Positions 1 to 12,279 of a DNA stretch of 64,000 nucleotides are shown piece after piece (position 1 is the first letter of the stretch; each line of letters begins with the position of its first letter). The translations under genes and the position numbers were made by a program. The stretch covers positions 36,084,001 through 36,148,000 of the forward strand of contig NC_043014.1 in assembly GCF_006345805.1 (NCBI RefSeq), written 5' to 3'. This DNA is from Octopus sinensis (taxonomy: Eukaryota). The notes beneath the pieces are model-generated. The model saw only the letters and a program-made list of their open reading frames with translations. It was not told where the DNA came from and did not search any database.

Positions 1-339
1 ACCCCAGTGCGTAACTGGTACTTATTTAATCGACCCCGAAAGGATGAAAGGCAAAGTCGACCTCGGCGGAATTTGAACTCAGAATGTAGCGGTAGACGAT
101 ATACCTATTTCTTTACTACCCACAAGGGGCTAAACACAGAGAGGCCAAACAAGGACAGACAAACGGATTAAGTCGATTATATCGACCCAGTGCGTAACTG
201 GTACATACTTAATCGACCCCGAAAGGATGAAAGGCAAAGTCGACCTCGGCGGAATTTGAACTCAGAACGTAGCGGCAGACGAAATACTGCTAAATATTTT
301 GCCCGGCATGCTAACGATTCTGCCAGCTCACCCGCCTTT
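1..339 (-). mobile_element. SINE family A (tRNA-like head) multimer, truncated by the window edge
   Basis: Sense head AAGGCGG..TGGCAGAA.CGTTAG (A box) and GAGTTCAAATTCC (B box). Unit junction at 98-111. Confidence 0.85.
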
Positions 340-1269
340 AAGGTGACAATACAACTCTTCTTACGATAAAATTCTTGGAATAGTTTCGCCAACATTTGGT
401 AGGCGTAGAACTTATTTGAAAAGAGGTATTCTGTAAAGTTCATTATTAGGGATTGAAGTGTATGTTGATGTATTTATTATCCTAAACATGAACAAATTGT
501 CCTCTACATAGATCCTATTTACATCTCGCTAGATTGTAATTTCGCTTGGTAAGTAATAAGTTTGCAAAATTTATATCTTGACCATTTTACTTAAATTTTA
601 TTCTGAAAAGAAATCACGAATCACTTATTTGAAATTTTCTCTTTTAACAAGCATTTTGAAAAATTTCATTTCTGGAATTATAAAATTAATGGAATAGAAT
701 ATTATAGACGAAAGATATTTTATTCAGATATTTATTTATTTAGGTATTTACGCTGTTCAGTAAAGAAAGCAATAGTTATAATTTATAAACAACCCTGATG
801 TAATTATCTGGTGATAGAATAGGGGAGATAACTTTAGAGGGGAGATAACTTTAAATGGCAAATTAATTCTGAGGTGGTCCAAAAAGAATTCCAAATTATC
901 TATACGGCGGTAGTGGTGTTGAGAATAAAGAAAGGTGTAGTCGAACACAACAGAATTTTGATGGAGATGATATAATTATAGTCAAAATACGTTGAAACGA
1001 AGTAAAATTGCTGTGACGAAGTCTGCTCTGAGTTTCTTCTGCACAATACAAATGTCCTGTTTTTTTGCTTTATCCTTTTATTGCATATTCATATGTGATT
1101 GAAAATGGATTCTCTATGACAATCAGAGCATCCTACTCAGGGGCTAGATCAAGTGAAGCATTTGCTCTAGCCCCTGTTCCGTTCTTGGGTTCTTTTTTCT
1201 TTTATTTCCTAGCCGCTAGGTTCTTTTCATAACCGAAGCTATTTCAAAAAGTTATCGTCCTTGTTTTAA

Positions 1270-1510
1270 ATAATAATAATAATGAAATTATTGTATACAG
1301 TGCTCAGGTGCACTACAACTTGTCAGAAAGTGCGTATAAAGTATATGCAGTAATGTACAAATGTCTGGAAAGTGAACAGTGTATGAGTCAGATACATCCT
1401 TGCGTGTGTATGGAGGGGAGAAAATCAGGCGTAGTGTCGGCGAATCTCAGGAAGCATGGAAGTTTTGAAGGATGCAGTGCTCCGACAACTAACAACTGAT
1501 GCCGGCATAT
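1270..1510 (-). mobile_element. 3' end of a non-LTR element or SINE with (AAT)n tail
   Basis: Sense end GTGCACCTGAGCACTGTATACAAT..(ATT)n. The same end recurs at about 43455-43498. Confidence 0.55.
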
Positions 1511-2439
1511 TGTTGTCAATATGTGGAATCAAACATTATTAATTTTTTAATTATGGCAAAATCATCCACAACAGAGAAGTATTGACAGGAAAATGACAAA
1601 ATGTGTCAAAAACTGCGACGTTTGTGTCCGAAACTGGTTAATCGGGGGGTGGGGAGACCAGTTCTTCGTCGTGATAACGACCAGCCTTGCCGCCTTCCGT
1701 GTGATTAGACGAGTCGCCCAGAACGGACCGCCACTCCTCGTCTCCCCCTAATCTTAGGTACGCTACTGGAATCCTTCGCATGTAGCAGATTCCACAAATG
1801 GAGAGTGAAACACTGTTGTACAGGGTCAAGACCATTATTAACGTATCACTGAATATTTTTGAGATATTTTAGTCAAGAGTAAAATGAAATGAGCTCAACT
1901 AAAGTTCGAAACCAAGTTAGGCACTCATTGCACTTCTACTCCTAAGTACCAAACAAATTCGTTTTTTTTTTTTTTATTTTTTATTTTTTCATTTATTCTC
2001 ATCCTTGTCAATGGTGTTTGAATTAACGCGAAAAATATTTTTATCGTAGTAATGCATATTTGCTGCAGCGTTATTCTTACTCTACAGCTTTTGCTTCTTG
2101 TATTTGAAATTTGAATACATTTTACCGTTTTTCAATATAGGTAGTGTGTTGAATTTGTAATTCATAGCAGAATTTGATAGAGTTAGAATGAATAACAGAC
2201 CAATAAATTATATAAAATTATTATTTTCCTGATGATTTGAAGGGTTTTGAAAACAAACAAACAGTTCACCTGTGTAATGAAAAACCATTTCTTTTGTTGA
2301 GTTTTAATCGACCCATTCTGCATATCACAGTTAGTTCTTATTCATTGCAAACTATTGAATATTAATATGTTTTAGTCTAATTACAACATTCTTTTCTACA
2401 CTAGGCACTAGGTCCGAAACTTTTTGTGAGGTGGAGCAG

Positions 2440-3141
2440 TCGATTAGATCGACCAAGTACGCAACTGGTACTTAATTTATCGACCCCGAAAGGATGAAAG
2501 GCAAAGTCGACCTCAGCGGAATTCGAACTCAGAATATAAAGACAGACGAAATACCTATTTCTTTACTACCCATAAGGGGCTAAACACAGAGAGGACAAAC
2601 AGGGACAGACAAACGGATTAAATCGATTATATCGACCCCAGTGCGTAACTGGTACTTATTTAATCGACCTCGAAAGGATGAAAGGCAAAGTCGACCCCGA
2701 CGGAATTTGAACTCAAAACGTAGCGGCAGGCGAAATACCTATTTCTTTATTACCCACAAGGGGATAAACATAGAGGGGACAAACAAGGACAGACATAGGT
2801 ATTAAGTCGATCACATCGACTCCAGTGCGTAACTGGTACTTATGTAATCGACCCCGGAAGGATGAAAGGCAAAGTCGACCTCGGTGGAATTTGAACTCAC
2901 AACGTAACGGCAGACGAAATACCTATTTCTTTACTACCCACAAGGGGCTAAGCACAGAGGGGAAAAACAAGGACAGACAAACGGATTAAGTCGATTATAT
3001 CGACCCCAGTGTGCAACTGGTACTTTTTTAATGAAAGGCAAAGTCGACCTCGGCGGAATTTGAACACAGAACCTAGCGGCAGACGAAATACGGCTACGCA
3101 TTTCGCCCGGTGTGCTAACGGTTCTGCCGGCTCGCCGCCTT
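2440..3141 (-). mobile_element. SINE A tetramer (one full head, 184-bp period)
   Basis: Junction GAAATACCTATTTC at 2548, 2732 and 2916. Full head at 3060-3141. The last unit switches to a different tail. Confidence 0.9.
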
Positions 3142-4049
3142 AGTTTAACTACAATATCGCGGTAACTTTAAGCATTCTTTGTTTATCTTTATATTTTAAA
3201 ACAAAACTTCCCTCTTTCAGATTTTCTTCAAAGTTGAACTTACTTTCACTGATAGTTGTTAAATATGTTTCTGTAAGAATTCCCTGAACGATTCTTACTT
3301 TCATGTAATATTCCTCTTCCCTGTCCTTCAGTTGCTTTTCGTTTCTGTATATCTAATTGCTGTTATTGACAAATGGCATCTTCTAATTATGTTGTGTTAC
3401 ATCAACAAATCCATCTCAATACCAATAATATACAGAAATAAACTCAATTTACTGAATCACCTATGGCCAGTCGGCATAAATATTTATGTAGATGTACGTG
3501 GTAAAACTCATCAGAAAGACAACGCAACAACATCCTGTTCCTTCCAGTCTATGGTTCTGATGTATCTATATCTAATTATTGATAATATTCACGTGTCTAC
3601 TTGGAATTTTATACAAGAATGGTGACAATTGTTATCTGGGGAAATAAGCCTGAATGATAATTTAGTGACTTGTTTTGATGATCTGTTATCTAAAAATAGG
3701 CAGAGTCAGAATTGAGAAGATTTAAACGTAGAACAATGAGTCTAAATACCTGAAAGGTATATCGTCACTGTATGTTTAATTATTGAAACGCAAAGAGAAA
3801 CATGATTTATCCACAATGATCTGGTTCCGCATACCAATGCACCGAACACAAATTGTCGAAGTAAATATTATAAACATTTATTCCTCTACTCCACTCCACT
3901 CGCCTTTCTTAGAGTTCAGCATCTGAAATGCTTATAGTTACTGTTACGACAGCGTCAAGCCGGCAAGTGGTATATAATTTCCGAAACTGCAACCGTAACT
4001 TCAGCCCTGAAGGGGTGGTCGTGGAGATGACGGATAAGTACTGATATTA

Positions 4050-4449
4050 TATTAGACTCGCAGTCCCTGTGCAAATTTCACGGCTCATTTTGTGCTACAG
4101 TGATAGCCAAAAACATCTCCTCTTTCCGTGATAATATTCTGTCATCTGTTTCGCTTCATAATTTTTCGAATAGTTTTTAGGAAAGCTTGTCCATTCTCTT
4201 CAATCGTGTTTTCTTTTCTAGCCTATTTTCTCATTCCGGTTGGTGCAAAATATCCTTGTCTTTCATCATCGTTAGTATTTTGCCTTCTTTATTGATTAAT
4301 AATTCTTTCTCTTTCTTTATTAATTTCAGCTTCGTCATTCGCCATACGACAGATCTCTTTTACACTACAGGAATCTGTCGTTAACACTTTAATATAAAAT
4401 GTACCACAAAATGAGCCGTGAAATTTGCACAGGGACTGCGAGTCTAATA
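4050..4449. mobile_element. Putative 400-bp MITE with 50-bp TIRs
   Basis: 4050-4099 and 4400-4449 are reverse complements with 1 mismatch. TA lies at both outer ends. Confidence 0.65.
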
Positions 4450-4842
4450 GGTGAGTATAAATGGGGAGAGGAGAAAGGGAAGTATGGTAGCTTGTTTGTA
4501 AATGAAAAGTTTGTGGGAAGTGAAATAGGAAAAGAAAGCAAAACAGATATAGAAATACTGTTAGCTGCAGTGAGCAAAGTAGGTGAAATCATCAACTTCA
4601 TTGATGATGTCTCCTGTGCTGTTAGTGATGGATCCTTGTTGACTGTGTGTAATGAACTTTGATTAACTAAGATTAACAAGTTGTCCAACAATAGAGTGCA
4701 AGGGAGAAATTCAAAAGCAGTAGAAAGAGAAAGAGGGCTCGATAAAGTAGGAGGAAGCAAAAACAAAAGAATACGTTGAGGTAGATTGAGTGGGAGGAGA
4801 AAATATCTGATTTGTTCTTATATATATATATATATATTATTA

Positions 4843-5131
4843 CACAGAGAGGACAAACAAGGACAGACAAACGGATTAAGTCGATTATATCGACTCCAGT
4901 GTGTAACTGGTACTTGTTTAATCGACCCCGAAAGGATGAAAGGCAAAGTCGACCTCGGCGGAATTTGAACTCAGAACGTAACGGCAGACGAAATACCTAT
5001 TTCTTTACTACCCACAAGGGGCTAAACACAGAGAGGACAAACAAGGACAGACAAACGGATTAAGTCGATTATATCGACTCCAGTGCGTAACTGGTACTTA
5101 ATTTATCGACCCCGAAAGGATAAAAGGCAAA
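4843..5131 (-). mobile_element. SINE A dimer, 5' truncated
   Basis: Same body; junction at 4990-5003. Confidence 0.85.
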
Positions 5132-5519
5132 CGATGTACAGAACGGGTGTATATTTTATACATCATAACAAGAAAACGAAGTATTGAACGTACATGAATG
5201 CAAGTAGAATTGAGTGACTTTTTTTAAAGAAAAAAAAAAAAGGAAGAAACAGCTCATATACTACAGCTTAATCCTCTTGAACAACGCCACCGCTTTCCAT
5301 CAGTTTTTCGCGTACTGCCGAGTAATGGTACAGGATCTAAGATATATTAACTGTCTTGGCCATAATGTGTCGAGGTGCAAACCAGAGAAAGACATTTTCG
5401 GTAAGGTGCGTTGCTGAATATTGTGCCCTCAACAGTAAACCTTAATTACTCTTTCAAAAATGCTTAAAATATCACTTGGAAATACAGAACTAGATGCTTG
5501 TGGACATGGCGTGATCAGA

Positions 5520-5928
5520 GTGGCTGTGTGGTAAGTAGCTTGCTAACTAGCCACATGGTTCCGGGTTCAGTCCCACCGGGTGGCATCTTGGGCAAGTGTC
5601 TTCAGCTATAGCCCCGGGCCGACCAATGCCTTGTGAGTGGATTTGGTAGACGGAAACTGAAAAGAAGCCTGTCGTATATATGTATGTATGTATGTGTGTG
5701 TATTTGTGTGTCTGTGTTTGTCCCCCTAGCATTGCTTGACAACCGATGCTGGTGTGTTTACGTCCCCGTAACTTAGCGGTTCGGCAAAAGAGACCGATAG
5801 AATAAGTACTGGGCTTACAAAGAATAAGTTCCCCGGGGTCGATTTGCTCGACTAAAAAGGCGGTGCTCCAGCATGGCCGCAGTCAAATGACCGAAGCAAG
5901 TAAAAAAGTAAAAAGAGAGAGTAAGAGT
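5520..5928 (+). mobile_element. SINE family B (tRNA-like head, central TA/TG microsatellite, AAAGAGT tail)
   Basis: Head GTGGCTGTGTGGTAAG...GGTTCAGTCCC. Other copies: 10860-11255(-), 11621-12014(+), 13296-13745(-), 13755-13960(-), 31553-31946(-), 45202-45570(-), 50010-50200(+), 52560-52975(-), 55135-55560(-), 55950-56300(-), 56760-57010(+). Confidence 0.9.
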
Positions 5929-6647
5929 ATTGCACTGTCGTTGCTTCCGGCGCAATTTTGTTTCACTTCTTACGTAATTAAACTAATTAAACTTCACATT
6001 AACGGAGTCCTCTTAAGAATAATTACAGTGAGAACAAAGATAGAAATTGTCCGAATGAATGCATACAGTTCTTGAGAAGTTCAATGCTTGAGAGAAAGCC
6101 CTCGCCGTTTTAACTGCAAAACCTTTGAATATTTTCCATATCACTTGAATCCATTTGAATTAACACTTCCGTTTGATTCGTACTCATAAGATTCTTTTTC
6201 ATTGGTTATGATAACATGTGATGCCACATGGTGCACTGATGTGACAACGGAATCAGTATTAATCAAAACCAGCCGGGCTCTTAATACTTTGTAACTGCTA
6301 TGTTTTTCGTTTTCGGTGTTTTACCAGTATCCCCATTTATCTTTGGTTACATAGAACGAATTATACTGCTGATGATAACGATATGATAATGATAAATGGT
6401 GTAAATGGCTATAATGAATATGCAAGAACATGTACGCACACCGTATTCAGGCACAAACAAACTCATAAAATATATGAATACTTGGCATGTTTAGATACAA
6501 ATAACAGTAAGCGGACATTTTCACAAGTACAAACTAATGGTCACCAAAATAGCAAACATTCTTTCTACTATAGGCATAAGATATGAAGTTTGGAGGATGG
6601 GAGTGGTTGATTATATTAACCCAAATACTTGACTGGTACTTATTATT

Positions 6648-7045
6648 TTTTCTTTACTACCCACAAGGGGCTAAACACAGAGGGGACAAACAAGGACAGA
6701 TAAAGGGATTGTCGGTTACATCGACCCCAGTGCGTAACTTGTACATAATCTATCGACTCCGATAAGGCAAAGTCGACCTCAACGGAATTTGAACTCAGAA
6801 CGTAACGGCAGACGAAATATCTATTTCTTTACTACCCACAAGGGGCTAAATACAGTGGGAACAAACAAGGACAGATAAAGGGATTGTCGGTTACATCGAC
6901 CCCAGTGCGTAATTTGTACTTAATCTATCGACTCCGATAAGGCAAAGTCGACCTCGGCGGAATTTGAACTCAGAACGTAACGACAGACGAAATACCGCTA
7001 AGTATTTCGCCCGACACGCTAACGTTTCTGCCAGCTCGCCGCCTT
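6648..7045 (-). mobile_element. SINE A dimer whose two units share private variants
   Basis: Junction at 6814-6827. Both units carry ATAAAGGGATTGTCGG and the CTCCGATAAGG deletion variant. Confidence 0.9.
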
Positions 7046-7454
7046 TCGATTCTGTCAGTTCGTCACCTTCAAAATAGCAAACATTAAAAATGTATCGACA
7101 TTTTAACTTTTACTGGGTTCAGATATTAAAATGCGACCATGCTGGGGCACCGTCTTAAAGGTATTTACTCGATTACATCGACCCAGATACAGGTTGAACC
7201 CAAGTAATTCGATATTACTAATCAGGCAGCTTCGATGATTCGGATCGATGATGGGAATCTGGCAAGCATTAGTTTTCATGACGGCCGATAGGTTAGTTTT
7301 GGGGCTTCATATTGCTTGTGTAGCGGTGATTCGAAACCGAATCACTGGATACGCGGTCAGACATCATGAGCAAATCACCAGTTTTACGTGATAAGTCTAT
7401 TAACCGACCAATCGGCGTGAAGCGATTGTTTTTCATATCTGTATGTTTTAAAAA

Positions 7455-7770
7455 TGTGGAGGCGCAATGGTCCAGTGGTTAGGGCAGCGGACTCGCGGTT
7501 TCGATTCCCAGACCGGGCGTTGTGTGTGTTTATTGAACGAAAACACCTAAAATTCCATGAGGCTCCGGCAGGGGTGGGGTTGGCAACCCCTGTTGTACTC
7601 TTTCGCCCCAAATTTCTCTCACTCTTTCTTCCTGTTTCTTGAGTAACGTTGCAATGGACTGGCGTCCCGTCCAGCTGGGGAGAACACATACGCCATAGAA
7701 ACCGGGAAACCGGGCTCATGAGCCTGGCTAGGCTTGAAAAGGGCGCATAAATAAATAAATAAATAAATGT
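7455..7770 (+). mobile_element. SINE family E (tRNA head, V-domain-like GATGGACTGGCGTCCCGTCCAG core, TAAA tail)
   Basis: GGCGCAATGG..AGTGGTTAGG A box. Second copy at 29604-29870 with an 11-bp TSD. Confidence 0.75.
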
Positions 7771-7854
7771 CTTAAAATTACCTTTACACAAACTTTAGAA
7801 TTTTTCGTAGTAGCGCTTTTGTCATTATTGTTATTCCAAGATTTTTTTTCCTCT

Positions 7855-9410
7855 GCTCGACAGCAGTTTGTCGAATATGGACTTGATCTTTCTCGCGAAC
7901 ATTGGCTCGGCTGGGGATTTACCTGATGATGGGTTTGGAGTAACTATATGCTTTTAGAAATTTTATTAATGCCAGGTCGTCAATTCTTCCGTTGTTCGCT
8001 TTTCTTAACGCCCTCTTGAACGTGTTCACGAACCGTTCCGCCTGACCATTTGACCGTGGGTGATTTGGTGGTGTGGTTAGATAATCAATTTGGAACATCT
8101 GGCAGAAATCTCTGAATTGAGATCCTGTATTCGGTAAATATCTCGTGGATATCGAGTAAATACCTCGTGGAGGAAATCAATTATTGCAGATGATGTAGGA
8201 TGTCTACATTTACATACTTACGGCCATTTTGTGTAGCTTTTCACTACTACAAGAAAATAGTTTCCATATAGTTTCCAAATAGTTTCCATGGTTCCGGATT
8301 CAGTCCCACTGCGTGGCATCTTGGGCAAGTGTCTTCTGCTATAGCCCCGGGCCGACCAATGCCTTGTGAGTGGATTTGGTAGACGGAAACTGAAAGAAGC
8401 CTGTCGTATATATGTATATATATATATATGTATGTGTGTATGTTTGTGTGTCTGTGTTTGTCCCCCTAGCATTGCTTGACAACCGATGCTGGTGTGTTTA
8501 CGTCCCCGTAACTTAGCAGTTCGGCAAAAAAGAGACCGATAGAATAAGTACTGGGCTTACAGAGAATAAGTCCCGGGGTCGATTTGCTCGACTAAAGGCG
8601 GTGCTCCAGCATGGCCACAGTCAAATGACTGAAACAAGTAAAAGAGTATAGTGGGCCTGCGAAGTCTGTGCGAAGCCTGGACTACAGTGTCTCAGTCTTC
8701 AGCCACGTTAAAGTAGGTGATTTCGTTGTCAGAGCACAGCCTCTGCAGAACCTTACAAAATTTTCGATATCTTTATCCATTTTCGGCCAATACATATAGC
8801 TTTTCATAAGTGCTTTCATGCGTTACATACCTGGATGTCTAGCGTGAAATTTTTTACAGAATTCTTTTTTGCAGTGTAAAAGGTACTGCAATCTTCTGTG
8901 CGTACACAGAATATGAGTTCGAATTTAAATTTTCAGTCCGGCGTGAATTTACTATATTTTCTTTCAAGGTGACTTTTATTCTATTTATAAAGTCATCTTT
9001 CGCTGCTTTGGCTTTAATTTCTTCAAGTTCACAGACAATTCATTAATCATGTTACACAAAATGCTTTTTATCTCCGTTTCAGCTCTTAACGATGCAATTA
9101 CACTTTCTTCGAACGGTTCAGCCTTTTTTTAGGTATTAACCAAAATAACCCATCTGCGTGGCTTAACGTTTTTGAGGGGAGATATTCCATTTTGAAATTG
9201 TTGCTCAACAAAATGGTTCCCCGGCAGTATGTGCTGGAATGCTCTTCATAGAGCTAAATATTCAATAAGGGGCGATGATCGGCTTGCAGACAAAACCTTC
9301 TGCCATAGATGAATTTATGAAACATTTTACTGCATAAATAATAGCCAAAGCTGCTTTCTCAGCCTGGCTGTAATTCATCACAGCGGGCAATAGTGTACGT
9401 GATGCATGTA
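7855..9410 (-). mobile_element. Degenerate Ty3/Gypsy pol fragment (RNase H + integrase)
   Basis: Minus-strand translation gives NYSQAEK..LAIIYAVK, DHRPL, HPGM.RMKAL..YWPKMDKDIE..C..C, DFAGPL, HPRSNGQAERFV and GKSPAE, with stops and frameshifts. Confidence 0.92.
8272..8646 (+). mobile_element. 5'-truncated SINE B inserted in the Gypsy integrase
   Basis: Flanked by TATAG at 8267-71 and 8647-51. Removing it restores FAGPL-YGNYFLVVV on the minus strand. Confidence 0.85.
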
Positions 9411-9430
9411 CTATTTATTTTCTCGCCACC

Positions 9431-10373
9431 TACCGTAAATTTTCGAGTATAGTCCTCCCTTGAGTATAATACGCAGGGGATTTTTAGGGGGCTGTACCTT
9501 TGAAGAACCTAAACCTTGTGTATAATACGTCTCCTTTCTCTAACTTGAGTCAAAGAGGTCTATATAACGTCCTTGGTTTGTAAAAATGTATACGGTAACG
9601 TCCTTTATTATTATTGTATATATAACATAATGCAAACGTGTAGCGTTTTTGTGCATTTTGTTTGCAGAAAATAAATAAAGAAAAAACAGTAATAACGTCA
9701 GTGAAAAATAAATATTAAGTAAATTGCCTTTACATATTTATCACTATCAGTTACAAAAGCAAAAGCAAAAACATTTATTCAAATCCTTCAAATTCAACGT
9801 CACTTTCAGCATCAAATAACTATTCCATGTCAGCATCATTGCATTGTAAATTTCCGTCATCGTCAGATTCATAGTCAACATCAGAAGATTCACTTTCATT
9901 TATTTCATCTTTCCATACAAAGTCATCCTGAGTACCATCCAGTGCAGACGATATACAACATTCGATAAAACTTTTCACAATAATCTGGGGATTAAGTTCA
10001 TTCCATGCATACACGATCCATTTGCATATCAAAGTCAGGTCGGGAGCGCGAAATAGGTTTGTAAATATGTTTGCAAAATGTTTTTGTTACATGTTATTCT
10101 GTGTTCTGAATACTTTTATTATAATAAATGTTACTTACTGCAAGTTATGGATGATTCTTTTATGACTTCATTGCTTTCAGGCTTAGCTTAAGGTATTTTC
10201 GCGCCCGACATCACAAAATGCATCTGAATAAACATTGCCGGACAGCAAATAGAGACTCGGACATTGCTTAGAAAATATTTTTCATTTTTAACCTCGTATA
10301 TAGTACGCACTAAGGATTTTGACCTTATAAATTTTGGAGGAAAAATGCGGATTATACTCGAGAATTTACGGTA
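9431..10373 (-). mobile_element. pogo/Tigger-type non-autonomous element
   Basis: TA-flanked TIRs CCGTAAAT..TCGAGTATA / TATACTCGAGAATTTACGG. Remnant W..AW..I.KSF..C.IS.ALDG..DD at 9820-10032 resembles the pogo C-terminus. Confidence 0.85.
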
Positions 10374-12279
10374 TTTGAAATCATTACATTGCAAGTACTA
10401 CATCATCATTTCGTATTGCTACATTATATTTAGCAGTAGAAATTGGCCACCACAGTTGTTGTTGTTGTTGTTGTTGAAGTTGTGGGAGCCCAAAACATCG
10501 TCAGGAGGAAGGTCCTCTTTTTTCAAGAAATATTTTCTCAGATTTGACTGAGATTGCTAATAAAATAACCGGATATTTTTTTTTTAGTATTTAACAATCA
10601 ATATTCTTTTTGTATCTAATCGGTTTGGCTGCAGTCAAAACGACTAGATCCTTCTTCTCTCTGTCGGATACTAAGTTAATATGTTCTCACACTAAAGCCA
10701 AATTTGATAATTTTAAAGTTTCAGGAAAATGATGTCTAAAATGGAGTAAAATGATTAATGCCTAATTTCAGTAATCTCTTCTCTTTAACATAAATGGTGA
10801 GTAAATATATCACGAAGAGGACACTCCAGCAGATCCTGAAGATGCTATAGCTAATATTCTATTACTCTTTTACTTGTTTCAGTCATTTGACTGTAGCCAT
10901 GCTGGAGCACCGCCTTTAGTCGAGCAAATCGACCCCAGGACTTATTCTTTGTAAGCCTACTACTTATTCTATTGGTCTCTTTTGCCGAACCGCTAAGTTA
11001 CGGGGACGTAAACACACCGGCATCGGTTGTCAAGCGATGTTGGGGGGAGGGGACAAACACAGACACACAAACATACACACACATCTGACGGGCTTCTTTC
11101 AGTTTCCGTCTATAAAATCCACTCACAAGGCTTTGGTCGGCCCGAGGCTATATTAGAAGACACTTGCCCAAGGTGCCATGCAGTGGGACTGAACCCGGAA
11201 CCATGTGGTTGGTAAGCAAGCTAGCTACTTACCACACAGCCACTCCTTCGCCTATGTTGAGTGTTTCTTTTTCATTTAGTCAAATTTGTTAATTTTTATA
11301 TCATGTAACATTTTTTCCCGATCCTCTTTCATTTGGCCAAGATATTTGAATTTAATTTTCTTGCCTTTCTGATCTTTCTGATGCCTAGCGATGGTGAATT
11401 GAAGCGACAAATTTACATTATTTTGCCTTACTCATTTCGCCCCAGCCAAATTTGTCATATATGCACCAAGAGAACAGTGATAATTTTTGAAATAATGACC
11501 AGATTATGTTATAATAATTTTAATGCATTTAGGGAAGGCCATTTGCGTAGCTGATATAGTTTTTTGTAAGCTGGTGAACATTTGTAAAAAAATATTTTTT
11601 TAAAATCAAGAATGCACATGAGTGGCTGTGTGGTAAGTAGCTTGTTTACAAACCACATGGTTCCGGGTTCAGTCCCACTGCGTGGCACATTGGGCAAGTG
11701 TCTTCTACTACAGCCTCGGGCCGACCAAAACTTGTGAGTGGATTTGGTAGACGGAAACTGAAAGAAGCCCGTCGTATATATGTATATATATATGTGTGTG
11801 TTTGTGTGTCTGTGTTTGCCCCTCCAACATCGCTTGACAACCGATGCTGGTGTGTTTAGGGTCCCCGTAACTTAGCGCTTCGGCAAAAGAGACCGATAGA
11901 ATGAGTACTACGCTTACAAAGAATAAGTCCTGGGGGTCGATTTGCTCGACTAAAGGCGGTGCTCCAGCTTGGCCGCAGTCAAATGACTGAAACAAGTAAA
12001 AGAGTAAAAGAGTAATGCTGTAAAAACATTTCATTATGTACACACAACGAGCTTCTTTCAGTTTCCATCAACCAAATCCATTCACAAAGCCTTGATTGGC
12101 CCGAAGCTACAGTATAAGACATATGCCCAGGGTGACACGCAATGTGAATGAGCCCGAAACTATGTGGTTGTGAAGCAAAGATCTTTCCGTACAGCCACGC
12201 CTGCGCCTAACTTCTTACTACACAATAAACACACATAAGCACTCATACAATTACATACAAATACACATACATACACATA

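Noticed and set aside
1-3141. Regularly spaced repeats resembling a CRISPR array
   Set aside because: Units are near-identical 184-bp SINE bodies with no unique spacers and no cas genes, in eukaryotic DNA.
4399-4766. ORFs with an FIDD motif as a reverse transcriptase
   Set aside because: No flanking RT motifs recognisable; the + ORF starts inside a TIR.
5520-5600. tRNA-like sequences (also 7455, 30350-30425, 42125)
   Set aside because: A/B boxes run into SINE bodies; no complete cloverleaf, so these are not tRNA genes.
7324-7347. GTGATTCG-aaac-CGAATCAC hairpin
   Set aside because: A single short stem with no further structure; bacterial terminator logic does not apply here.
11646-12043. 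Recurring ORFs such as MLGGQTQTH...EDTCPRCH and MLEHRL
   Set aside because: Incidental frames through SINE B copies.
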